Shown here in pieces: positions 50,476 through 63,440 of a DNA stretch of 64,000 nucleotides. Positions within the stretch are counted from its first letter, which is position 1. Each line of letters begins with the position of its first letter. The position numbers and the translations under genes were made by a program. Origin of the DNA: Azolla caroliniana (lineage: Eukaryota > Plantae > Polypodiophyta); the NCBI GenBank assembly GCA_043228905.1, contig JBHGNT010000018.1, forward strand, positions 15,996,001 through 16,060,000, written 5' to 3'. The notes beneath the pieces were generated by a model, which was not told the DNA's origin, ran no database searches, and saw nothing but the letters and a program-made list of their open reading frames with translations.

Positions 50476-51903
50476 TGTCGCAAAAATACGATGAGGATGC
50501 GTGAACTTGAGGCAAGACCTTGGGTTCTCCAACCAGAGGATATCACATTCGTGCGTTTATACTTTTAACAATTAACAAAAATGAGAAATTTTAGTAAATT
50601 CTCATTACCAAAGGAAAAGAAAATTACAATATGTCCCAAGATTGGGAATCACAAGTTTTAGGTTTACTAAGATTAATAGAAAGGAAAAATTAGGGTTTTT
50701 GAGATATCTGGCTTCGGTAGGGAAAATTAGGGTTTTTTGAGTGGTATGGCTTCCATAGGGAAAATTAGGGTTTTTTGAGTGTTATGGCTTCCGTAGGGAA
50801 AAATAGAATTAGGTTATACGAGAGATATCGCTTCCGTAGGGAAAATTAGGTTTATGAGAGATATGGCTTCCGTAAGGAAAATTAGGGTTTATGAGTGTTA
50901 TCACTTCGTGAGATAAGGGAACCGAGAAGGAAAAGAAAAATAATGGAGAGCGCCCTCCCCCCCCCCCCCCCCCTAGTGTAGGAAAAAAAATGGAATATAT
51001 ATGGAGTTCTCCGTTGATCATAGCCTCCCATGTTCCTTTGCATGCATCCCCTTTTAGTTGCATGGCCTCCATTTTTAGTTGCTTGCCCTTTATTTTTAGT
51101 TGCATGGCCTCCTTTTTAGTTGCTTCCTCTTTGCTTTTAGTTGCATGGCCTCCTTTTTCAGTTGTTTCGCCTTTACTTTCTTTTACTTTACTTTACTTTA
51201 ATTCGCCGCATGATCCTATCATCCGTCCATCTCAATTGTTGCCCATCCAATCCGTCCAGTCCGCGTCCAATTTCCGTTCCATCGCCGTCGGGTTGCCGGT
51301 TGCCGGCTTCATCCGATCGGTCACCAGTTGCCGGTTCTGTAGCCATTGGTTCCGGTTCCCAACTTCATCACCGTCTCAATCTGATTTCTGGTTTCTGGCT
51401 GCCGATTGTCGGCTCTGTCCGATAGGTCGCCAATTGTCGGTTCCGTCACCATCCAGTTCCGATTCCAACCTTCATCGTCGGATTCGTCTGGTTTCCGGTT
51501 GCCGACTCCATCTAGTTTCTAGTTTCCGGCTCAATCCGGTTTCCAATTGCCGGCTCCATCCGGTCACCGATTCCTTAGCCACATTTGTCCATGTAGACAA
51601 ATTAGTCCAAGTCCAACCATTCCTTTTATGCTCTCAACACATAGATGAAAATTAATGGTTCTCAATCTGCTTATATAGATGGATCCTAAACTTTCCTATC
51701 TATGTAGAATATCTTACAATTTTGTTTTCCTCTTCTTCTCAAACTTCACACACACATAACTTGATACTTCTTTATCCGTTTCATGCATAGAAAAATGCAT
51801 TACGAAACTCTTGAAGCTATCTATCTTCCCATATCAATTCATTAAACTAATCTTAAATACTTATTTTACTAGTTTTCATATCGTGTGTGAAAACCACACG
51901 ACA
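50476..51903. mobile_element. Solo LTR-like insertion related to the 36678 Gypsy LTR
   Basis: Ends are TGTCGCAAA...CACACGACA, and about 51580-51900 resembles 37450-37765. No TSD is recognisable. Confidence 0.7.
50680..50900. repeat. About 38-40-bp tandem repeat x6 containing TTAGGGTTT
   Basis: TATGGCTTCCGTAGGGAAAATTAGGGTTTT-like units recur at about 50683, 50719, 50757, 50795, 50838 and 50875. Confidence 0.9.
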
Positions 51904-54900
51904 TAGCTCCTTTCACGATCATGTTCCTGTCTCCCCTTCAAGTTCGGCGTGTCGAGGTGGTGCAGACCAAGCTCACCCGAGAAATGTTGTAACTTGTCAA
52001 CACCAAGGGACTTGGTGAAAATGTCGACAAACTGCCGACCCATCGGAACATACGCTAGTTCGACCTCACTAGAAAGGACACACTCGCGGACAAAGTGATA
52101 GTGCACCTCAATATGCTTGGTCCGGGCATGGAACACAGGTTTCTTCGCAAGGTGGATGCTGCTGAGGTTGTCATAGTAGATCATCGTTGGATCAGACACC
52201 TCTACGTGCAGATCCCGTAATAGTCGTTTTAGCCAAATGACTTCGCACATAGCGACATTTGCCCGTCGATATTCGGCGTCTATGCTCAATAGTGCTACTA
52301 TCGGTTGCTTCTTACTGCTCCATGCGATCGCCGCACTTCCCAATGAGAATGCATATCCAGATGTGGATCTACAATCGTGGGCATTTCCGGCCCAATTGGC
52401 ATCCGTGTAGCTGACTAACTGCTCGGCTACATCTGCACGATACAACAACGTCGTGTCTTTCGTGCCGCTGACATATCGTAATATCCTTTGCGTACACTCA
52501 AGGTGTTCGGTCGTGGGTTGCGACATAAATTGACTGATCATTCTTACCAGATAGCTGAGGTCCAGCTGAGTGATCGTCAAGTAGATGAGGCTTCCGACAA
52601 TCTGTCGAAACCGTGTTGAGTCGCACGCCTTTCCCGAATCTCGGTGAAGCTTTACGTTTCAATCCAGAGGGGTCAAGATAGGCTTACAATCTGCCATCCC
52701 GAACTTGAAGAGCATATTCAGCGTGTAATGATGTTGACTGATCAATATGCCTTCGGGGGAACAGATCACTTCGATCCCAAGGAAGTAATGAAGGTCGCCA
52801 AGATCCTTCATTTTGAATGATGCCGCAAGCTAAGACTTTACGCAACTGATTTCTTTGAGGTCGGCACCGGCGATGACTAAATCATCAACATAAAGTAAAA
52901 GGCAAACCAGTCCATGTCGACCTTGCCAAACGAACAACGAGGAATCCGATTTGGACGTTGTAAACCCCATTCTACACAACCGTTCTGTAATCTTCACGTT
53001 TCAAGATCACGGAGCTTGCTTAAGGCCGTATAATGCCTTCTTCAATTGGCAAACTGCCGAAGTGTTCCGTTTGGATAGAAATCTGGGGGGTTGTACCATG
53101 TACACATGTTCCTCAAGATCACCTTGCAAGAACGCATTCTTTACATCCATCTGATGTAGATGCCACCCCTTCGTTGCAGCTACGGCTAGCAAAACTCGCA
53201 CGGTAGTCATCTTCGTGACTGGCGCGAAGGTTTCGTCGTAATCGACGTCGTGCTTCTATGCGTAGCCTTTTGCAACCAAACGGTCCTTATATCAGTTGAC
53301 GGAGCCGTTGGTGTTGTATTTCACCTTATACACCCATCTACATCCGATTAGCTTTACACCTTTCGGTACGTCAACCAGGTCCCAAGTCTCATTGTCCGTT
53401 AAAGCACGCATCTCTTCCTCCATCGCGGCACGCCAATTGCGTCTTTCGCCGCTTCAGCATAGCTCTCCGCCTCACGCACTTCCACCACTAGTGTCATGTA
53501 CGTATAATGGTGCACCATGTATTCATTGTACCCGTACCTCCTTACGGGGTTCTTCAAGCGGGTAGATCGGCATAATTCGTGATTACTCAATTTCACAACC
53601 TTTTCGGTCGATTTTGACCCTTTCCGTGGAGGGTCCTTCTTGATTGCCCCGAAATCAGATTCGCTCCGATCTGACTCGGCACTACTGAAATTGTACTCCG
53701 ACATTTTCTTCTTCCCCTTTTCTTTAAGTGTAAACCGTCTCCTCGGTTCTTTACGTGGGGACAACATGGCCGAGTCCCCACTACTCATCGGCTCTTCATT
53801 TGGTTGGCCATTTCAGCCCAACTCCTCATTCGGCCCGCTTAGCCGAAATGAGATCGGACTCTTTGTCAAAGCTCCGATTTACTCATCACACAGAGGCATC
53901 TCAGCCTTGTTAACCTCCTCTTCAGAATTCGGAATGGAGTCTTGAGGTGTTGGACGTGGGGGCAAGTACCACAAAGCAGACTCGTCGAACACGACATCTC
54001 GGCTTATGCGAACTTCCTTTGTTCAGGGGTTATAGCACTTATACCCCTTCTGCTCGTCTGAATAGCCGACCAAGTTACACTTCTCGGCTTTGGCATCCGG
54101 TTTCCTCCTCATCTCCTTCGGCACATGCACATACGTAATGTTGCCGAAAATCCTGAAGTGTGCCAAGTTCGGCTTCTTGTCGTAATACAACTCATGTGGT
54201 GACATTCCTCCATTTGTAGAGGTCTGATTCTGTAAGTAAACAACCGTCCTTATGGCTTCAGCCCAATAAAACCTTGGCATATGCTTCTCTTCAAGCATTG
54301 CCCTGGCGGCTTCTTCTATCGTCTGATTCTTTCGCTCGGCTACGCCATTCTACTTTGGTGTATACCTACACGAGAATTCGCGTCGAATTCCTTCCTTCTG
54401 TAGATAACTCATGAACTGGTTGGAGAAGTACTCCTTCCCACCATCGGACCGTAGGCACTTGATCTTATGCCCTGTTTCCCTTTCTGCAAGGTTTTTCACC
54501 TTCAGGAACCACGCGAAGACTTCGCTCTTTTTATCGATCAAACACGCCCAAGTGTGCCGAGTGAAGTCATCGATGAAGGTTATGAAGTAACAGCTTCCAC
54601 CGAGACCCCACACATCCGAATGGATCAAATCTAGTGGATTTCGATTACGATTACGCTCATTGGGGAATGGAAGTCGATGCTCCTTCCCGAGTTGACAAGC
54701 TTCGCAAACTTGGCCATTACGACCCCGAAATTTTGGCAAGCCGAAAACAATGTTCTTCGTCTACATTTCACGAAGTCGTGGGAAGTTAACATAGCTGAAC
54801 CACTTGGGCCATAGGTTTATATCCGACTTGACCTTCTGTCCTTTCGAGAACAATGCAGTTCCAGCTTGATTGGTGTCGAGGATAAACATCCTCCCTGCAC

Positions 54901-57856
54901 GGCGCCCTTGCGCAATAACTTTGCCTTCCTCTTCGATGAAGCACCCGAGGTGCGTGAATCAAACTTGTAACCCCTATTCGATGATCTGTCCAACCGACAC
55001 CAGGTTCTTGGTTATTGTCGGGACGTGCAACATGTTCATAAGTTTCCCTTTCTGCCCAACGTGGCTGAGAGGAACTTCTCTAACATGTTCGATGGTATGC
55101 GGAGTGTCGTCACCCGTTTCGACCACTCCTTGTTTTTCCAGTTTCTCCAAGTACGATAACCATTCCTCATGACTCATCATATGATTCGACGCTCCGGAAT
55201 CAACATACTACACCTCGTTCGATTTCGAGGTGTTCATGGCCATTGAATTGGCGTTGTGCTTCATTACGAAGGTTGGGCCCGATCCATTTGCGGCTCATTT
55301 AGAGCCTTCGGCGTAGTGCGATTTCTGACGCCTTCTTGCGTCTCTTCAACTTGATTCGGCTTTGTCCGAATCGGCTCTCTTCTTCCAGCACTCACTATCC
55401 TTGTGGCCTTTCTTGCCACATTACCAACATTCCGTTGCGGCCTTCTCTTGCCAGCTTCCGGCGCCGTTGTGACTCCCCTTGCTTCCAGAGGGTTCAGAAT
55501 TGCTTCCAGCATTTCGATTATGCCGCACGTTCTGCTCTTTTCGGCCGCCTCCATTGCGCGCCGATCCACCTCGTCCGCCACGACTACGGGGTCTATCTTC
55601 CTCCGTGTACATCATCTTGTTGTCGGCGTGTGTACTTGTTGACGCATCCGCGTGATTTTCCTCAACAAGCAACATCAACTGAAGCTCGAGGAACGAAGGC
55701 GTAATCTCCCTTGTGCAGACCGCCGTCCTGAACGCTCCGAACTTTGACGCTAACCCACCAAGGCAAACCTACACCATTTTGTCCTCCTTGACGTTCACGT
55801 TGACGAAGGCGAGAGAGTCGCAAATCTCCTTGATTCGGGCCGTGTAATTGGCCACAGATAGATCTTTCTATCGGACATTGCTGAGCTCCTGCCTGAGTTG
55901 CAGCTTCCTGGCCGTTGTGCTAGCAGCGAATATCCACTTGAGATTCACCCATGCGTTCTTTGGCGTCTTAGCGTACAGAATGTAGCTCAAGAGCTGGTCG
56001 CTCACACAGGACGCGAAGCAGTAAAGAACTCTGCTCGCCGCTTGTTCCCAAGCCAAAAAATCTTTGTGTGTCGATTCGGGTGTTGTATCATTAGCTCCTT
56101 CGACATAACTCCAGTAGCCATGACCAAGCAGGTACTGGTGCATCCTATACGGCCAAGATGCATAGTTGCTCCTATCGAGCTTCTCAGTCGGTAGCGAGCT
56201 TCCCATTCCTCTGTCCATATTGTTGTCTTATCCTTTTCGAAAAACAACAACTTAACTTTGTCTTATCGCAAGCTTTTCTATCGGCTGTAGAGGAGTCTCA
56301 ACCCTCGCGCTCTGATACCATCTAAAAGAATACGTGTGCGGAAGCGTATGCGTAAGAACACAGAGTATACAGTTTAGTAAAATGCAGAAATCACAGAGAG
56401 AAAGAGAGGGAGAGAGAGAGAGAGTAGAAAACGTAACCATATTCAAAATAATTCTCTGTATGTTTGCTATGTACATACTTCGTGCTCAGTGAGCACCTTC
56501 TATACAAGCCTCAACTATTGGCCTGACACAAGTACTGATAGTACTTGACTGCTCATAAATGAGCCTTCTACACTAACTCCCAAAACTATTTCTTACGAGG
56601 AATAACGTTCTAACGGCCTTTCGGTTTAAATACCGCCATGGCCATATTTAGCATACGGTTTTACGCACCCAGTCTACGTACTAGGTTACATACCCGTTTA
56701 CCTACCCAATATTCCACTTGTCTCTCAACATTCTTGAATCAGCAAACCATGTGCTCATTTCCTTTCTTGACGAACCCCTCCAGTTGTTGCATGTAGATCT
56801 CTTCTTCGGTTGTGGTCGAGCGCTATTCCCTACAATCTGGTATCAGAGCATGGAAGCTCATCGGCTCCAACTACCCAGTGGAGAAGTCGAAGATGAGGGA
56901 CATGTTGGTGGTTAAATACCTTTGGCAACCGGTACAGTTTGGAGACAAAAGACCGGACAAGATTGATGCCATGACTTGAGAGGTGATGCACATGAAGACA
57001 AAGGCATACATTCGATGTTTCATCAACATGAGCATGTACAACAAGTTTAATGAAGAGAGTAAGGCTCATGTGCTCTGGGAGAAAATCAACACCATGTTGA
57101 AGAGCAAGAACGTCGTAAATCGGGTTTCGGTATTTCGGAAGTTAGTGACACTCCGATGCCAAGATGAATCCAACATGGCAGAGCACATGAATGCATTCTA
57201 GGGGATGATAAACCAAAAAATCTTGTTGGAAGTACCTCTAGCTGACAAGGTACTCGCGTTGCTGTTTCTCGATTCCCTCCTCGAAAATTGGGAGACGCTA
57301 CTTGTCACTTTGGGCAACGCTGGGCTGGAAACGAAACACCTATCCCTAGCGAGGGTAAAATCAAGCTTGCTAGATGAAGAAGCTTGTCGGAAGTCCGAAG
57401 CCGATCTAAAGTCCTTGGTTATGGAAGATGACCATAACTAAGGAAGAGGCCAGAATCAGAGTTCCCAAAACAGGGACAAATCGGGACGAGGTCGAAGTCA
57501 AGGGGAGGCTGACTTGCTTTTATTGCGAAAAGTCAGGGCACTTCCAGAAGAATTGCCGACACTTCCTGAAGGAGAAAGGAACTGACAATGTTTACTCGAA
57601 GAATGGTCTGGATGAAAGGAGTTCAGATCGGAAAGGAATGTCGGCAATCGCGACAAGTGAAGAGGGGTTGTTGCTCATCACCAAGGAAAATGAGCTACAT
57701 CTTGTTAGCGACCAAACGACATGGGTGGTCTACTCTGGCGCATCGTTCCATCTGACCCCTAACCGGAAGTTGTTCTAATCGTACAGAGCTAGAGATCATG
57801 GTTGTGTTCGGATGGGAAATGAAGGTACGTGCCAAATTGTCGGCATAGGGTATGTG

Positions 57857-60800
57857 TGAAGAGAATAGCGCCGAATATTGCTCGGCCACAACCGAGTCTT
57901 GAATCACTTCTATGAGAATGAAACACAGAAATGGGAAATGGAGAGTACACAAGGAAATACATAGGATGTTTACGTGGAAAACCCTAATAGGGAAAAACCA
58001 TGGGAGCCCACAGACTCCAACCTATCACTATATGAGAAAGGTACATTTAGAGCCTCAGAGGCAACGACCTCAAGCTCTATATCTTCGCCAACCGGTGGTT
58101 ACAACAAAGTATCACTCTGTATCTCACTCTCTCTCTCTCTCATTGTCGCTCTTTGTACAATAGTTACAATAGTATGACAACAACACTATGCACTATCACA
58201 CACCTAAAGTGATTGCCCTAAGTCATATTTATACTTAAATGAACTTAGGGCTATTTACAAATGTAGCCTCAATAGGCTTACTCAAGACATATTTCCAAAT
58301 CTGTCTTCTCTTCCGGTTCTCACCAGGTCCATCCGATCCGGTTTTCGGATCTCGTCGTTCACAGCCCGATCCCATCTAGAGGGATCGATTTCCCAACAAT
58401 CTCCCCCTTCACTCCGGCATGGGATCTCTTGTCAGCCCGATCCACTTTCGGCACGCATCCAATTTGTCGGTCGTCAACACCTTCGTCAGTATATCCGGCC
58501 CGTTCTCCTCCGTGTGGATCTTCGTCAGCATGAACTCTTGATCTTCTACTCTCTCCCGGATCCAGTGGTACCTCCGTTGGATGTGTTTCATTCGGGAATG
58601 GTAGGCCGCATTCTTTACAAGGTGGATGGCACTTTGACTGTCGTAGTAGAGCCGGTATTCCTCATGTTGGATCCCTAGCTCTGCGATGAAGTCCTTCATC
58701 CAGATTATCTCCTTGCCCACTTCTACAACTGCCATGTACTCCGCCTCCATGGTTGACAACGCAACCGTCTTCTACAGCCTTGACTACCATGATACAGCCC
58801 CCCCTGCATAAGTCATGACATATCCGGATGTAGACCGGCTGGTATCCGCATCAACCGACATATCAGAATCTGTGAATCCGTCAAGTTGGGGATTACCGAA
58901 GCCGAACCAAAGGCACATACTCGAGGTGCCTTTCAGTACCGGAGTATCCACTTGACCACGTTCCAATGATCTTTGTCGGGATTGCTCATGACCCGGCTAA
59001 CCACTCCGACTGCATGTCCGATATCCGGTCGGGTACATACCATTGCGTACATCAAGCTCCCGATGACAGAGGCATATGGTATCTTCATCATATCCGTCTT
59101 CTCCGCCTTTGTCGTCAGGCTTTGTTTTCCGGATAGCTTGCAGTTTGCCAGAAGTGACGATCCGACCGGTTTTGACTCCGACATGTTGAACCTTTGGAGT
59201 ACCTTTGTCGTGTACTTTTCCTATGACAACCACAACAGCTTCTTCAACCGGTCCCGGATGATGTGCATTCCCAATATTTGTCTTGTCGGCTCCAAGTCTT
59301 TCATTGAGAAGGTCTGGTTTAGAGCCTTCTTCAGCATCTGTATCTTGACTTGGTCTCGTCCGACAATCAACATATCATTCACATATAGGAGGAGTATCAG
59401 GAAATCTCCTCCGTCAAATTTCTTCACAAACACGTAGTGATCGGCCTGCGTTTTGTGGTACCCTTGGTTGGTCATGAAGGAGTCGAACTTCCGATACCAT
59501 TGCCGGGGGGCTTGCTTCAGCCCATATAGGCTCTTCTTCAGCTAGCACACCAGGTGCTCCTTCCCTTTCTTCTCAAATCCTTCCGGTTGATGCATGTAAA
59601 TTTCTTCTTCGAGGTCGCCATGTAGGAATTTCGTCTTGACGTCCAGTTACTCTGCCTCGAGGTCCATGCTTGCCGCTATGCACAATACCATCCGGATGGA
59701 TGTCATCTTTACTACCAGGGCAAAGATCTCATCGAATTCCACTCCTTTCTTCTGTTGGAAGCCCTTCACCATGATTTGGGCCTTATACCGTGGTGGATTT
59801 CTAGCATCTCCCGGTTTCAACTTGTACACCCACTTGTTCTAAAGTGTTCTCTTCCCTTTCAGCAACTCCATCAATTCATATGTGTGGTTCTCATGCAGGG
59901 AATCCATCTCATCTTGCATGACACTCAACCACTTGCGGATGTGGATGTCTCTCTTTGCTTCTTTGAAGCTTTCCGGCTCCCCCTCATCGGTTAGCAACAC
60001 GTGCTCTACATCCGGAAATCTCTAGGGGGCTCTTCTTTCTCGGAGAGGATATCTCCGTCCTCGGTTTCTGACTACCAGTTCCTCCATTTGTTCCGAATCC
60101 GAATCCGATTCAGGATCTTGTCTGGTTCCGGTGTCTTCTTCTTCTTTTTCTTTGGTCGGTTCGGTTTCTTGTCCGTATCTGGCCGGTTCGTCCCGGTTAC
60201 TGGCTAACATCCGGTTTTCAACCCGGTATATCCTTGTGTCCTCAAGCCGGTCTTCATTGGATGATCCGGAGTTCATCATCTTCTTCTCAAACTCCCAGTC
60301 GGCAATGGTCCTGTCTTCCATGAAGACTATGTGCCGACTCCGGAACACCTTCTTGTCGACCAAATCCCATACCCGGTAACCGAACTCATCATCGCCGTAT
60401 CCAAGGAATATGCATGGCCTGGACTTCGATTCATCTTTGCTCTCTTGTCCTTTGCAACCTACACATATACGAGACACCCGAACACCTTTAGATGTCGGTA
60501 AAATACATCTTTATCAGTCCATACTTTCTTAGGTGAGTCTCCTTGCAAGGGTGCTGAGGGTGATCTATTTATTACATAGGTCGCCATCGTGAACGCCTCA
60601 GCCCAAAACGTCTTGGGTAACTTTGCATGTGTTAGCATGCTCCGGACTCTCTCCATTATGGTCCGGTTCATCCTTTCGGTCAACCTGTTTAGTTCTAACA
60701 GCTTCGGCACAGTAAACTCGAGCCAGATTCCCTTCGACCAACAGTACTCCTCGAACTACCCCCAGTATTCTCCTCCGTTATCTGTTCAAACCACCTTTAG

Positions 60801-63031
60801 CTTCTGGCCGGTTTCTCTTTTAACTCTCATGTGCAGCTCCTTGAAGACGAATAACACCTGATCCTTCGTCTTCAATGGTGAGACCCATATCTTCCGGTTG
60901 TGGTCATCTATGAACGTCACGAAGTACTATGATTCGGCATGTGACATCGTGTCCACTTGACACACATCGGTATGCACCAACTCTAGTGATGCATTCCGTC
61001 TCATCGGTGGTCTTAACCGGAAGGAGGTTCGGTTTTGCTTGCCGGCCAAGCAATTGGTGCACTTCTCAAGTTGCACGTCCTTCACCGAAATGAGGTTGTC
61101 TTCGGCAAGCCTCTTCATCCCCTTCTCACTCATGTGACACAGTCTTTTGTGCCACAGCTCACGGGCAGTGTCAGATGCTACGTTCACTTCTTCCTGGCAT
61201 ATCCGGGCATTCATCAAGTACAGTGTGTTGATCTTCCAGGCTCGAGCCACTATCAAGCTTCCCTTGTTGAACTTCATAACTCCGTTCTGGATGCTACCTG
61301 TGTAGCCTTCATCATCTAGTTGACCGGCTAATATCAAGTTCAGTCGAACCCCCGGAACGTGTCGGACATCCTTCAGTAGCAATTTACATCTAGTTGATGT
61401 TGTCAACAACACATCTTCTATGCCGATAATTCAGCATGAACCTTAATTCCCCATCCAGACACAACCATGATCACCGGTTGTGTAGGATGAGCAGCATTTC
61501 CAATCCGGTGTCAGGTGGAATGACGCTCCGGAATTGACAACCCACGTTGTCTCGTCACCAACAAGATTTAACTCATTCTCTTCGGTAATGAGCATCAGTT
61601 CTTCTTCACTTGTTGCGATTGCCGACGTTCCTTTCCGATCGGGTCTCTCCGGTCCGAACCGTTTTGGTCTGAACTCTTCTTTGAATCGGCACAGTCGGTT
61701 CCTTTCTCCTTCCGGAAATGCCGTCAGTTCTTTTGGAAGTGTCCCGGCTTCCCATAGTAGAAGCAAGTAGGCCTCCCACTTGACTTCGACCTAGTTCCCG
61801 ATTTGTCCCGGTTTTGGGGACTCTGATACCGGCCTCTTCCCTAGTTGTGGTCATCTTCCATGACCAAGGCCTTCGGATCGGTTCCAGACTCCCAGTCCTT
61901 CTTGCGAGCTTCTTCATCTAGCAAGCTTGACTTTACCCTTGCTAGGGACAACTATTTTCCTTCCAACCCGGCATTGCCTAATGTGACAACTAGTGTCTCC
62001 CAACTATCTGGGAGGGAACCGAGCAGGAGCAATGCAAGTACCTCATCGGCAAGACGTACTTCCAACGAGGTTGCCTGGTGGATCAGTCCTTGGAAGGCAT
62101 TCATGTGCTCCGCCATACTAGAGCCGTCTTGGTAACGGAGCCTCACTAGCTTCTGGAATACTGAAACCCAATTAACGGCATTCTTGCTCTGGAACATGAT
62201 GTCGATCTTCTCCCAAAGTTCATGAGCCTTGCTCTCTTCATTGAAGTTGTTGTATAGGCTCATGTCGATGAAGCACCGGATGTATGTCGTTGTCTTCATG
62301 TGCATCACCTCCCATGCTATGGTGTTGATCTTATCCGGTCTCTTGTCCCCGAACTGAACCGACAACCAAAGATCTTTAACCACCAGCATATCCCTCATCT
62401 TCGACTTCCACACTGAGTAGTTGGAGCCGGTGAGCTTGAACATGGCTCCGAACGATTCTTCCATTTCTTGTGTTGTTCGCTCTGATACCAGTTTGAAGAG
62501 AATAGCACGGAATATTGCTCGCCCACAACCGAGTCTTGAATCACTTCTATGAGAATGAAACACATAAATGGGAAATGGAGAGTACACAAGGAAATACACA
62601 AGATGTTTACGTGGAAAACCCTAATAGGGAAAAACCATGGGAGCCCACAGACTCCAAACTATCACTATATGAGAAAGGTACATTCAGAGCCTCAGAGGCA
62701 ACGATCTCAAGCTCTGTATCTTCGCCAACCGGCGGTTACAACAGAGTATTGCTCTGTATCTCACACTCTCTCTCACTATCGCTCTCTGTACAACAGTTAC
62801 AACAGTATGACAACAACACTATGCACTATCACACACCTAAAGTGATTGCCCTAAGTCATATTTATACTTATATGAACTTAGGGTTATTTACAAATGTAGC
62901 CTCAATAGGCTTACTCAAGACATATTTACAAAACTGTCTTCTCTTCTGGTTCTCACCGAGTCCATCCGATCCGGTTTCCAAATCTCTTCGTTCACAGCCC
63001 GATCCCATCCGGAGGGACCGATTTCCCAACA
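57857..63031 (-). mobile_element. Full-length Tnt1-like Copia, TSD ATGTG
   Basis: LTRs 57857-58398 and 62494-63031; ATGTG at 57852-57856 and 63032-63036; PBS 62479-62490; PPT about 58401-58414. gag-PR-INT-RT-RNaseH are all present but carry stops. Confidence 0.97.
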
Positions 63032-63032
63032 A

Positions 63033-63440
63033 TGTGTTTGACAACATCAACCGGGTGCAAGTTGCTACTGAAAGATGTACGAAACATTCTGGAGGTTTGG
63101 TTGAACCTGATATCAGCCGGTCAACTAGATGATGAAGGCTACACGGGTAGCATCCAGAATGGAGTCATGAAGTTTTGCAAAGGAATCCTGATCGTGGCTC
63201 GAGCCCGAAAAATCAACACGATGTACCTGATGCATGTGTGTTTGACAACGTCAACCGGGTGCAAGTTGCTGCTGAAAGATGAACGACACATTCTGGAGGT
63301 TCGGTTGAACCTGATATCAGCCGGTCGACTAGATGATGAAGGCTACACGGGTAGCATCCAGAATGGAGTCACGAAGTTTTGCAAAGGAATCCTGATCGTG
63401 GCTTGAGCCCGAAAAATCAACACGATGTACTTGATGCATG
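63033..63440 (+). repeat. 204-bp in-frame tandem duplication in the Copia protease region
   Basis: TGTGTTTGACAAC at 63033 and 63237. ORF 63032-63406 repeats CLTTSTGCKLLLKD after 68 aa. Confidence 0.95.

Larger units (their letters stand above)
49889..56730 (-). mobile_element. Copia family A, near full length
   Basis: 5' LTR 56321-56730; PBS 56309-56320; gag 55868-56218, then PR, INT, RT and RNase H (51876-52580). PPT at about 49973-49986; 3' LTR remnant 49889-49972. Confidence 0.93.

Noticed and set aside
50990-51655. 221-aa hydrophobic ORF, a possible env-like gene
   Set aside because: It is a low-complexity read-through of T/C-rich and CCGG-rich repeats within an LTR-like insertion.
62515-63132. 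205-aa plus-strand ORF
   Set aside because: It is an antisense read-through of an LTR, and the equivalent frame is broken in the sister LTR at 57857-58398.
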